Assembly: GCA_964016885.1 (NCBI GenBank)
Contig: OZ024751.1
Coordinates: 3,472,001 to 3,536,000, forward strand
Length of the DNA stretch: 64,000 nt
Direction of reading: 5' to 3'
Source of the DNA: Eledone cirrhosa
Taxonomy: Eukaryota
Shown here: positions 1-15,000 of the stretch, piece after piece
Position numbering within the stretch: position 1 is the stretch's first letter
How the letters are laid out: every line of letters starts with the position of its first letter
Program-made: the position numbers and the translations under genes
The notes under the pieces: generated by a model
The model's database searches: none
What the model was told of the DNA's origin: nothing
The model's input: only the letters and a program-made list of their open reading frames with translations

Positions 1-3000
1 AGGATCAAGACTGACTATCAGCTACCAGAGGACTACAGGATCAAGACTGACTACCAGCACCCCAGAGGACTACAGGTTCAAGACTGACTACCAGCACACC
101 AGAGGACTACAGGATCAAGACTGACTACCAGCACACCAGAGGACTACAGGATCAAGACTGACTACCAGCACACCAGAGGACTACAGGATCAAGACTGACT
201 ACCAGCACACCAGAGGACTACAGGATCAAGACTGACTACCTGCACACCAGAGGTTTACAGGATCAAGACTGAATACCAGCACACCAGAGGACTACAGGCA
301 CAAGACTGACTACCAGCACACCAGAGGACTACAGGCACAAGACTGACTACCAGCACACCAGAGGACTACAGGATCAAGGCTGACTACCAGCACACCAGAG
401 GACTACAGGCACAAGACTGACTACCAGCACACCAGAGGTCTACAGGATCAAGACTGACTACCTGCACACCAGAGGTTTACAGGATCAAGACTGACTACCA
501 GAACACCAGAGGACTACAGGATCAAGGCTGACTACCAGCACACCAGAGTTTTACAGGATCAAGACTGACTACCAGCACACAAGATGACTACAGGATCAAG
601 GCTGACTACCAGCACACCAGAGGACTACAGGATCAAGACTGACTACCAGCACACAAGAAGACTACAGGCACAAAACTGACTACCAGACACACAAGAGGAC
701 TACAGGATCAAGGCTGACTACCAGCACACCAGAGGACTACAGGATCAAGGCTGACTACCAGCACACCAGAGGACTAGAGGATCAAGGCTGACTACCAGCA
801 CACCAGAGGACTACAGAATCAAGGCTAACTACCAGCACACCAGAGGACTACAGGATCAAGACTGACTACCAGCACACCAGAGGACTACAGGATCAAGGCT
901 GACTACTATCACACCAGAGGACTACAGGATCAAGACTGACTACCAGCACACCAGAGGACTACAGGATCAAGACTGACTACCAGCACACCAGAGGTTTACA
1001 GGATCAAGACTGACTACCAGCACACCAGAAGACTACAGGATCAAGACTGACTACCAGCACACCAGAGTTTTACAGGATCAAGACTGACTACCAGCACACC
1101 AGAGGACTACAGGCACAAGACTGACTACCAGCACACCAGAGGTCTACAGGATCAAGGCTGACTACCAGCACACCAGAGGACTACAGGCACAAGACTGACT
1201 ACCAGCACACCAGAGGTCTACAGGAGCAAGACTGACTACCAGCACACCAGAGGTTTACAGGATCAAGACTGACTACCTGCACGCCAGAGGACTACAGGAT
1301 CAAGACTGACTATCAGCTACCAGAGGACTACAGGATCAAGACTGACTACCAGCACCCCAGAGGACTACAGGTTCAAGACTGACTACCAGCACACCAGAGG
1401 ACTACAGGATCAAGACTGACTACCAGCACACCAGAGGACTACAGGATCAAGACTGACTACCAGCACACCAGAGGACTACAGGATCAAGACTGACTACCAG
1501 CACACCAGAGGACTACAGGATCAAGACTGACTACCAGCACAGCAGAGCACTACAGGATCAAGGCTGACTACCAGCACACCAGAGGACTACAGACACAAGA
1601 CTGACCACCAGCACACCAAAGGACTACAGGATCAAGACTGACTACCAGCACACAAGAGGTTTACAGGATCAAGACTGACTACCAGCACCACAGAGCACTA
1701 CAGGATCAAGGCTGACTACCAGCACACCAGAGGACTACAGGATCAAGATTGACTACCAGCACTCCAGAGGACTACAGCATCAAGACTGACTACCAGCACT
1801 CCAGAGGACTACAGGATCAAGGCTGACTACCAGCACACCAGAGGACCACAGGATCAAGGCTGACTACCAGCACACCAGAGGACTACAGGATCAAGACTGA
1901 CTACCAGCACAGCAGAGGACTACAGGATCAAGGCTGACTACCAGCACACCAGAGGTCTACAGGCACAAGACTGACTACCAGCACACCAGAAGTTTACTGG
2001 ATCAAGACTGACTACCAGCACACCAGAGGACTACAGGATCAAGGCTGAATACCAGCACACCAGAGGACTACAAGATCAAGACTGACTACCAGCACACCAG
2101 AGGACTACAGGATCAAGACTGACTACCAGCACACCAGAGGACTACAGGATCAAGACTGACTACCAGCACACCAGAGGACTACAGGCACAAGTCTGACTAC
2201 CTGAGCAGCAGAGGACTACAGGATCAAGACTGACTACCAGCACACCAGGGGTTTACAGGATCAAGACTGACTACCAGCACACCAGAGGACTACAGGATCA
2301 AGACTGACTACTTGCACACCAGAGGACTACAGGATCAAGGCTGACTACCAGCACACCAGAGGACTACAGGATCAAGGCTGACTACCAGCACACCAGAGGA
2401 CTACAGGATCAAGACTGACTACCAGCACACCAGAGGACTACAGGATCAAGACTGACTACCAGCACACCAGAGGACTACAGGCACAAGTCTGACTACCTGC
2501 GCAGCAGAGGACTACAGGATCAAGGCTGACTACCAGCACACCAGAGGTCTACAGGATCAAGACTGACTACCTGCACACCAGAGGACTACAGGATCAAGAC
2601 TGACTACCAGCACACCAGAGGTTTACAGGATCAAGACTGACTACCAGCACACCAGAGGACTACAGGCACAAGACTGACTACCAGCACACCAGAGGTCTAC
2701 AGGATCAAGGCTGACTACCAGCACACCAGAGCACTACAGGCACAAGACTGACTACCAGCACACCAGAGGTCTACAGGAGCAAGACTGACTACCAGCACAC
2801 CAGAGGTTTACAGGATCAAGACTGACTACCTGCACACCAGAGGACTACAGGATCAAGACTGACTATCAGCTACCAGAGGACTACAGGATCAAGACTGACT
2901 ACCAGCACCCCAGAGGACTACAGGTTCAAGACTGACTACCAGCACACCAGAGGACTACAGGATCAAGACTGACTACCAGCACACCAGAGGACTACAGGAT

Positions 3001-6000
3001 CAAGACTGACTACCAGCACACCAGAGGACTACAGGATCAAGACTGACTACCAGCACACCAGAGGACTACAGGATCAAGACTGACTACCTGCACACCAGAG
3101 GTTTACAGGATCAAGACTGAATACCAGCACACCAGAGGACTACAGGCACAAGACTGACTACCAGCACACCAGAGGACTACAGGCACAAGACTGACTACCA
3201 GCACACCAGAGGACTACAGGCACAAGGCTGACTACCAGCACACCAGAGGACTACAGGCACAAGACTGACTACCAGCACACCAGAGGACTACAGGCACAAG
3301 ACTGACTACCAGCACACCAGAGGACTACAGGCACCAGACTGACTACCAGCACACCAGAGGACTACAGGCACAAGACTGACTACCAGCACACCAGAGGACT
3401 ACAGGATCAAGGCTGACTACCAGCACACCAGAGGACTACAGGCACAAGACTGACTACCAGCACACCAGAGGTCTACAGGATCAAGACTGACTACCTGCAC
3501 ACCAGAGGTTTACAGGATCAAGACTGACTACCAGAACACCAGAGGACTACAGGATCAAGACTGACTACCACCACACAAGAGGACTACAGGATCAAGACTG
3601 ACTACCTGCACACTAGAGGTTTACAGGATCAAGACTGACTACCAGCACACCAGAGGACTACAGGATCAAGGCTGACTACCAGCACACCAGAGGACTACAG
3701 GATCAAGACTGACTACCAGCACACAAGAGGACTACAGGATCAAGCCTGACTACCAGCACACCAGAGGACTACAGGATCAAGACTGACTACCAGCACACAA
3801 GAGGACTACAGGCACAAGACTGACTACCAGAAACACAAGAGGACTACAGGATCAAGGCTGACTACCAGCACACCAGAGGACTACAGGATCAAGGCTGACT
3901 ACCAGCACACCAGAGGACTACAGGATCAAGGCTGACTACCAGCACACCAGAGGACTACAGGATCAAGGCTGACTACCAGCACACCAAAGGACTACAGGAT
4001 CAAGACTGACTATCAGCACACCAGAGGACTACAGGATCAAGACTGACTACCAGCACACCAAAGGACTACAGGATCAAGACTGACTACCAGCACACAAGAG
4101 GACTACAGTCACAAGACTGACTACTAGCACACCAGAGGACTACAAGATTAAGACTGACTACCAGCACACCAGAGGACTACAGGATCAAGGCTGACTACCA
4201 GCACACCAGAGGACTACATGATCAAGGCTGACTACCAGCACACCAGAGGACTACAGGCACAAGACTGGCTACCAGCACACCAGAGGTTTACAGGATCAAG
4301 ACTGACTACCAGCACTCCAGAGGACTACAGGATCAAGACTGACTACCAGCACACCAGAGGACTACAGGCACAAGACTGACTACCAGCACACAAGAGGACT
4401 ACAGGATCAAGGCTGACTACCAGCACACCAGAGGACTACAGGATCAAGACTGACTATCAACACACAAGAGCTCTACAGGATCAAGACTGACTACCAGCAC
4501 AGCAGAGCACTACAGGATCAAGGCTGACTACCAGCACACCAGAGGACTACAGGCACAAGACTGACCACCAGCACACCAAAGGACTACAGGATCAAGACTG
4601 ACTACCAGCACACAAGAGGTCTACAGGATCAAGACTGACTACCAGCACCACAGAGCACTACAGGATCAAGGCTGACTACCAGCACACCAGAGGACTACAG
4701 GATCAAGACTGACTACCAGCACTCCAGAGGACTACAGGATCAAGACTGACTACCAGCACTCCAGAGGACTACAGGATCAAGGCTGACTACCAGCACACCA
4801 GAGGACCACAGGATCAAGGCTGACTACAAGCACACCAGAGGACTACAGGATCAAGACTGACTACCAGCACAGCAGAGGACTACAGGATCAAGGCTGACTA
4901 CCAGCACACCAGAGGTCTACAGGCACAAGACTGACTACCAGCACACCAGAAGTTTACTGGATCAAGACTGACTACCAGCCCACCAGAGGACTACAGGATC
5001 AAGGCTGAATACCAGCACACCAGAGGACTACAGGATCAAGACTGACTACCAGCACACCAGAGGACTACAGGATCAAGACTGACTACCAGCACACCAGAGG
5101 ACTACTGGATCAAGACTGACTACCAGCACACCAGAGGACTACAGGCACAAGACTGACTACCTGCGCAGCAGAGGACTACAGGATCAAGACTGACTACCAG
5201 CACACCAGAGGTTTACAGCATCAAGACTGACTACCAGCACACCAGAGGACTACAGGATCAAGACTGACTACTTGCACACCAGAGGACTACAGGATCAAGG
5301 CTGACTACCAGCACACCAGAGGACTACAGGATCAAGGCTGACTACCAGCACACCAGAGGACTACAGGATCAAGACTGACTACCAGCACACCAGAGGACTA
5401 CAGGCACAAGACTGACTACCAGCACACCAGAGGTCTACAGGATCAAAACTGACTATCTGCACACCAGAGGTTTACAGGATCAAGACTGACTACCAGCACA
5501 CCAGAGGACTACAGGATCAAGGCTGACTACCAGCACACCAGAGGACTACAGGATCAAGTCTGACTACCAGCACACAAGAGGACTACAGGATCAAGGCTGA
5601 CTACCAGCACACCAGAGGACTACAGGATCAAGACTGACTACCAGCACACAAGAGGACTACAGGCACAAGACTGACTACCAGCACACAAGAGGACTACAGG
5701 CACAAGACAGACTACCAGCACACCAGAGGTCTACAGGATCAAGACTGATTACCTGCACACCAGAGGTTTACAGGATCAAGACTGACTACCAGCACACCAG
5801 AGGACTACAGGATCAAGACTGACTACTTGCACACCAGAGGACTACAGGATCAAGGCTGACTACCAGCACACCAGAGGACTACAGGATCAAGGCTGACTAC
5901 CAGCACACCAGAGGACTACAGGATCAAGACTGACTACCAGCACACCAGAGGACTACAGGATCAAGGCTGACTACCAGCACACCAGAGGACTACAGGATTA

Positions 6001-9000
6001 AGACTGACTACCAGCACACCAGAGGACTACAGGATCAAGACTGACTACCAGCACACCAGAGGACTACAGGATCAAGGCTGACTACTAGCACACCAGAGGA
6101 CTACAGGATCAAGACTGACTACCAGCACACCAGAGGTCTACAGGATCAAGACTGACTACCTGCACACCAGAGGTTTACAGGATCAAGACTGACTACCAGA
6201 ACACCAGAGGACTACAGGATCAAGACTGACTACCACCACACAAGAGGACTACAGGATCAAGACTGACTACCTGCACACCAGAGGTTTACAGGATCAAGAC
6301 TGACTACCAGCACACCAGAGGACTACAGGATCAAGGCTGACTACCAGCACACCAGAGGACTACAGGATCAAGACTGACTACCAGCACACAAGAGGACTAC
6401 AGGATCAAGCCTGACTACCAGCACACCAGAGGACTACAGGATCAAGACTGACTACCAGCACACAAGAGGACTACAGGCACAAGACTGACTACCAGAAACA
6501 CAAGAGGACTACAGGATCAAGGCTGACTACCAGCACACCAGAGGACTACAGGATCAAGGCTGACTACCAGCACACCAGAGGACTACAGGATCAAGGCTGA
6601 CTACCAGCACACCAGAGGACTACAGGATCAAGGCTGACTACCAGCACACCAAAGGACTACAGGATCAAGACTGACTATCAGCACACCAGAGGACTACAGG
6701 ATCAAGACTGACTACCAGCACACCAAAGGACTACAGGATCAAGACTGACTACCAGCACACAAGAGGACTACAGTCACAAGACTGACTACTAGCACACCAG
6801 AGGACTACAAGATTAAGACTGACTACCAGCACACCAGAGGACTACAGGATCAAGGCTGACTACCAGCACACCAGAGGACTACATGATCAAGGCTGACTAC
6901 CAGCACACCAGAGGACTACAGGCACAAGACTGGCTACCAGCACACCAGAGGTTTACAGGATCAAGACTGACTACCAGCACTCCAGAGGACTACAGGATCA
7001 AGACTGACTACCAGCACACCAGAGGACTACAGGCACAAGACTGACTACCAGCACACAAGAGGACTACAGGATCAAGGCTGACTACCAGCACACCAGAGGA
7101 CTACAGGATCAAGACTGACTATCAACACACAAGAGCTCTACAGGATCAAGACTGACTACCAGCACAGCAGAGCACTACAGGATCAAGGCTGACTACCAGC
7201 ACACCAGAGGACTACAGGCACAAGACTGACCACCAGCACACCAAAGGACTACAGGATCAAGACTGACTACCAGCACACAAGAGGTCTACAGGATCAAGAC
7301 TGACTACCAGCACCACAGAGCACTACAGGATCAAGGCTGACTACCAGCACACCAGAGGACTACAGGATCAAGACTGACTACCAGCACTCCAGAGGACTAC
7401 AGGATCAAGACTGACTACCAGCACTCCAGAGGACTACAGGATCAAGGCTGACTACCAGCACACCAGAGGACCACAGGATCAAGGCTGACTACAAGCACAC
7501 CAGAGGACTACAGGATCAAGACTGACTACCAGCACAGCAGAGGACTACAGGATCAAGGCTGACTACCAGCACACCAGAGGTCTACAGGCACAAGACTGAC
7601 TACCAGCACACCAGAAGTTTACTGGATCAAGACTGACTACCAGCCCACCAGAGGACTACAGGATCAAGGCTGAATACCAGCACACCAGAGGACTACAGGA
7701 TCAAGACTGACTACCAGCACACCAGAGGACTACAGGATCAAGACTGACTACCAGCACACCAGAGGACTACTGGATCAAGACTGACTACCAGCACACCAGA
7801 GGACTACAGGCACAAGACTGACTACCTGCGCAGCAGAGGACTACAGGATCAAGACTGACTACCAGCACACCAGAGGTTTACAGCATCAAGACTGACTACC
7901 AGCACACCAGAGGACTACAGGATCAAGACTGACTACTTGCACACCAGAGGACTACAGGATCAAGGCTGACTACCAGCACACCAGAGGACTACAGGATCAA
8001 GGCTGACTACCAGCACACCAGAGGACTACAGGATCAAGACTGACTACCAGCACACCAGAGGACTACAGGCACAAGACTGACTACCAGCACACCAGAGGTC
8101 TACAGGATCAAAACTGACTACCTGCACACCAGAGGTTTACAGGATCAAGACTGACTACCAGCACACCAGAGGACTACAGGATCAAGGCTGACTACCAGCA
8201 CACCAGAGGACTACAGGATCAAGTCTGACTACCAGCACACAAGAGGACTACAGGATCAAGGCTGACTACCAGCACACCAGAGGACTACAGGATCAAGACT
8301 GACTACCAGCACACAAGAGGACTACAGGCACAAGACTGACTACCAGCACACAAGAGGACTACAGGCACAAGACAGACTACCAGCACACCAGAGGTCTACA
8401 GGATCAAGACTGATTACCTGCACACCAGAGGTTTACAGGATCAAGACTGACTACCAGCACACCAGAGGACTACAGGATCAAGACTGACTACTTGCACACC
8501 AGAGGACTACAGGATCAAGGCTGACTACCAGCACACCAGAGGACTACAGGATCAAGGCTGACTACCAGCACACCAGAGGACTACAGGATCAAGACTGACT
8601 ACCAGCACACCAGAGGACTACAGGATCAAGGCTGACTACCAGCACACCAGAGGACTACAGGATTAAGACTGACTACCAGCACACCAGAGGACTACAGGAT
8701 CAAGACTGACTACCAGCACACCAGAGGACTACAGGATCAAGGCTGACTACTAGCACACCAGAGGACTACAGGATCAAGACTGACTACCAGCACACCAGAG
8801 GACTACAGGATCAAGGCTGACTACCAGCGCACCAGAGGTCTACAGGATCAAGGCTGACTACCAGCACACCAGAGGACTACAGGATCAAGACTGACTACCA
8901 GCACACCAGAGGACTACAGGATCAAGGCTGGCTACCAGCACACCAGAGCTCTACAGGATCAAGACTGACTACCAGCACAGCAGAGCACTACAGGATCAAG

Positions 9001-12000
9001 GCTGACTACCAGCACACCAGAGGACTACAGGGACAAGACTGACCACCAGCACACCAAAGGACTACAGGATCAAGACTGACTACCAGCACACAAGAGGTCT
9101 ACAGGATCAAGACTGACTACCAGCACCACAGAGCACTACAGGATCAAGGCTGACTACCAGCACACCAGAGGACTACAGGATCAAGACTGACTACCAGCAC
9201 TCCAGAGGACTACAGGATCAAGACTGACTACCAGCACTCCAGAGGACTACAGGATCAAGGCTGACTACCAGCACACCAGAGGACCACAGGATCAAGGCTG
9301 ACTACCAGCACACCAGAGGACTACAGGATCAAGACTGACTACCAGCACAGCAGAGGACTACAGGATCAAGGCTGACTACCAGCACACCAGAGGTCTACAG
9401 GCACAAGACTGTCTACCAGCACACCAGAAGTTTACTGGATCAAGACTGACTACCAGCACACCAGAGGACTACAGGATCAAGGCTGAATACCAGCACACCA
9501 GAGGACTACAGGATCAAGACTGACTACCAGCACACCAGAGGACTACAGGATCAAGACTGACTACCAGCACACCAGAGGACTACTGGATCAAGACTGACTA
9601 CCAGCACACCAGAGGACTACAGGCACAAGACTGACTACCTGCGCAGCAGAGGACTACAGGATCAAGACTGACTACCAGCACACCAGAGGTTTACAGCATC
9701 AAGACTGACTACCAGCACACCAGAGGACTACAGGATCAAGACTGACTACTTGCACACCAGAGGACTACAGGATCAAGGCTGACTACCAGCACACCAGAGG
9801 ACTACAGGATCAAGGCTGACTACCAGCACACCAGAGGACAACAGGATCAAGACTGACTACCAGCACACCAGAGGACTACAGGCACAATACTGACTACCAG
9901 CACACCAGAGGTCTACAGGATCAAAACTGACTACCTGCACACCAGAGGTTTACAGGATCAAGACTGACTACCAGCACACCAGAGGACTACAGGATCAAGG
10001 CTGACTACCAGCACACCAGAGGACTACAGGATCAAGTCTGACTACCAGCACACAAGAGGACTACAGGATCAAGGCTGACTACCAGCACACCAGAGGACTA
10101 CAGGATCAAGACTGACTACCAGCACACAAGAGGACTACAGGCACAAGACTGACTACCAGCACACAAGAGGACTACAGGCACAAGACAGACTACCAGCACA
10201 CCAGAGGTCTACAGGATCAAGACTGATTACCTGCACACCAGAGGTTTACAGGATCAAGACTGACTACCAGCACACCAGAGGACTACAGGATCAAGACTGA
10301 CTACTTGCACACCAGAGGACTACAGGATCAAGGCTGACTACCAGCACACCAGAGGACTACAGGATCAAGGCTGACTACCAGCACACCAGAGGACTACAGG
10401 ATCAAGACTGACTACCAGCACACCAGAGGACTTCAGGATCAAGGCTGACTACCAGCACACCAGAGGACTACAGGATTAAGACTGACTATCAGCACACCAG
10501 AGGACTACAGGATCAAGACTGACTACCAGCACACCAGAGGACTACAGGATCAAGGCTGACTACTAGCACACCAGAGGACTACAGGATCAAGACTGACTAC
10601 CAGCACACCAGAGGACTACAGGATCAAGGCTGACTACCAGCGCACCAGAGGTCTACAGGATCAAGGCTGACTACCAGCACACCAGAGGACTACAGGATCA
10701 AGACTGACTACCAGCACACCAGAGGACTACAGGATCAAGGCTGACTACCAGCACACCAGAGGACTACAGGATCAAGACTGACTACCAGCACACCAGAGGA
10801 CTACAGGATCAAGGATGACTACCAGCACACCAGAGGATTACAGGATCAAGGCTGACTACCAGCACACCAGAGGACTACAGGATCAAGGCTGACTACCAGC
10901 ACACCAGAGGACTACAGGATCAAGACTGACTACCAGCACACCAGAGGACTACAGGATCAAGACTGACTACCAGCACACCAGAGGACTACAGGATCAAGAC
11001 TGACTACCAGCACACCAGAGGACTACAGGATCAAGGCTGACTACCAGCACACCAGAGGACTACAGGATCAAGACTGACTACCAGCACACCAGAGGACTAC
11101 AGGATCAAGACTGACTACCAGCACACCAGAGGACTACAGGATCAAGACTGACTACCAGCACACAAGAGGACTACAGGATCAAGACTGACTACCAGCACAC
11201 CAGAGGTCTACAGGATCAAGGCTGACTACCAGCGCACCAGAGGTCTACAGGATCAAGGCTGACTACCAGCACACCAGAGGACTACAGGATCAAGGCTGAC
11301 TACCTGCGCAGCAGAGGACTACAGGATCAAGACTGGCTACCAGCACACCAGAGGACTACAGGATCAAGATGTGACTACCAGCATACCAGCGGTTTACAGG
11401 ATCAAGACTGACTACCAGCACACCAGAGGACTACAGGATCAAGACTGACTACCAGCACACCAGAGGACTACAGGATCAAGGCTGACTACCAGCACACCAG
11501 AGGACTACAGGCTCAAGACTGACTACCAGCACACCAGAGGACTACAGGATCAAGACAGACTACCAGCACACCAGAGGTTTACAGGATCAAGACTGACTAC
11601 CAGCACACCAGAGGACTACAGGATCAAGGCTGACTACCAGCACACCAGAGGACTACAGGATCAAGGCTGACTACCAGCACACCAGAGGACTACAGGATCA
11701 AGGCTGACTACCAGCACACCAGAGGACTACAGGATCAATGCTGACTACCAGCACACCAGAGGTCTACAGGCACAAGACTGACTACCAGCACACCAGAAGT
11801 TTACTGGATCAAGACTGACTACCAGCACACCAGAGGACTACAGGATCAAGGCTGACTACCAGCACACCAGAGGACTACAGGATCAAGACTGACTACCAGC
11901 ACACCAGAGGACTACAGGATCAAGGCTGTCTACCAGCACACCAGAGGACTCCAGGATCAAGACTGACTAGCAGCACAACAGAGGACTATAGGATCAAGGC

Positions 12001-15000
12001 TGACTACCAGCACACCAGAGGACTACAGGATCAAGACTGACTACCAGCACACCAGAGGACTACAGGATCAAGGCTGACTACCAGCACACCAGAGGACTAC
12101 AGGATCAAGACTGACTACCAGCACACCAGAGGACTACAGGATCAAGACTGACTACCTGCACACCAGAGGTTTACAGGCACAAGACTGACTACCTGCGCAG
12201 CAGAGGACTACAGGATCAAGACTGACTACCAGCACACCAGAGGACTACAGGATCAAGGCTGACTACCAGCACACCAGAGGACTACAGGATCAAGACTGAC
12301 TACCAGCACACCAAAGGACTACAGGATCAAGACTGACTACCTGCACACCAGAGGACTACAGGATCAAGGCTGACTACCTGCACACCAGAGGACTACAGGC
12401 ACAAGACTGACTACCTGCACACCAGAGGTCTACAGGATCAAGACTGACTACCAGCACACCAGAGGACTACAGGATCAAGACTGACTACCTGCACACCAGA
12501 GGACTACAGGCACAAGACTGACTACCTGCACACCAGAGGTCTACAGGATCAAGACTGACTACCTGCACACCAGAGGACTACAGGCACAAGACTGACTACC
12601 AGCACACCAGAGGACTACAGGATCAAGACTGACTACCAGCACACCAGAGGACTACAGGATCAAGGCTGACTACCAGCACACCAGAGGACTACAGGATCAA
12701 GGCTGACTACCAGCACACCAGAGGACTACAGGATCAAGGCTGACTACCAGCACACCAGAGGACTACAGGATCAAGGCTGACTACCAGCACACCAGAGGAC
12801 TACAGGATCAAGGGTGACTACCAGCACACCAGAGGACTACAGGATCAAGACTGACTACCAGCACACCAGAGGACTACAGGATCAAGGCTGACTACCAGCA
12901 CACCAGAGGACTACAGGATCAAGACTGACTACCAGCACACCAGAGGACTACAGGATCAAGGCTGACTACCAGCACACCAGAGGACTACAGGATCAAGGCT
13001 GACTACCAGCACACCAGAGGACTACAGGATCAAGTCTGACTACCAGCACACCAGAGGACTACAGGATCAAGGTTGACTACCAGCACACCAGAGGACTACA
13101 GGCACAAGACTGACTACCAGCAGACCAGAGGACTATAGGATCAAGACTGACTACCAGCACACCAGAGGACTACAGGATCAAGGCTGACTACCAGCACACC
13201 AGAGGACTACAGGCATAAGACTGACTACCAGCACACCAGAAGTCTACAGGATCAAGACTGACTACCTGCACACCAGAGGACTACAGGATCAAGGCTGACT
13301 ACCTGCACACCAGAGGACTACAGGCACAAGACTGACTACCTGCACACCAGAGGACTACAGGCATAAGACTGACTACCAGCACACCAGAGGTCTACAGGAT
13401 CAAGACTGACTACCTGCACACCAGAGGTCTACAGGATCAAGACTGACTACCAGCACACCAGAGGACTACAGGATCAAGACTGACTACCTGCACACCAGAG
13501 GACTACAGGCACAAGACTGACTACCTGCACACCAGAGGTCTACAGGATCAAGACTGACTACCTGCACACCAGAGGACTACAGGCACAAGACTGACTACCA
13601 GCACACCAGAGGACTACAGGATCAAGACTGACTACCAGCACACCAGAGGACTACAGGTTCAAGGCTGACTACCAGCACACCAGAGGACTACAGGATCAAG
13701 GCTGACTACCAGCACACCAGAGGACTACAGGATCAAGGCTGACTACCAGCACACCAGAGGACTACAGGATCAAGGCTGACTACCAGCACACCAGAGGACT
13801 ACAGGATCAAGGCTGACTACCAGCACACCAGAGGACTACAGGATCAAGACTGACTACCAGCACACCAGAGGACTACAGGATCAAGGCTGACTACCAGCAC
13901 ACCAGAGGACTACAGGATCAAGACTGACTACCAGCACACCAGAGGACTACAGGATCAAGGCTGACTACCAGCACACCAGAGGACTACAGGATCAAGGCTG
14001 ACTACCAGCACACCAGAGGACTACAGGATCAAGTCTGACTACCAGCACACCAGAGGACTACAGGATCAAGGTTGACTACCAGCACACCAGAGGACTACAG
14101 GCACAAGACTGACTACCAGCAGACCAGAGGACTATAGGATCAAGACTGACTACCAGCACACCAGAGGACTACAGGATCAAGGCTGACTACCAGCACACCA
14201 GAGGACTACAGGCATAAGACTGACTACCAGCACACCAGAGGTCTACAGGATCAAGACTGACTACCTGCACACCAGAGGACTACAGGATCAAGGCTGACTA
14301 CCTGCACACCAGAGGACTACAGGCACAAGACTGACTACCTGCACACCAGAGGTCTACAGGATCAAGACTGACTACCATCACACCAGAGGACTACAGGATC
14401 AAGACTGACTACCTGCACACCAGAGGTTTACAGGATCAAGACTGACTACCAGCACACCAGAGGACTACAGGATCAAGACAGACTACCAGCTCACCAGAGG
14501 ACTACAGGATTAAGGCTGACTACCAGCACACCAGAGGACTACAGGATCAAGACTGACTACCAGCACACCAGAGGACTACAGGATCAAGGCTGACTACCAG
14601 CACACCAGAGGACTACAGGATCAAGACTGACTACCAACACACCAGAGGACTACAGGATCAAGGCTGACTACCAGCACACCAGAGGACTACAGGATCAAGG
14701 CTGACTACCAGCACACCAGAGGACTACAGGATCAAAGCTGACTACCAGCACACCAGAGGACTACAGGATCAAGACAGACTACCAGCACACAGAGGACTAC
14801 AGGATCAAGGCTGACTACCAGCACACCAGAGGACTACAGGATCAAGGCTGACTACCAGCACACCAGAGGACTACAGGATCAAGACTGACTACCAGCACAC
14901 CAGAGGACTACAGGATCAAGGCTGACTACCAGCACACCAGAGGACTACAGGATCAAGGCTGACTACCAGCACACCAGAGGACTACAGGATCAAGGCTGAC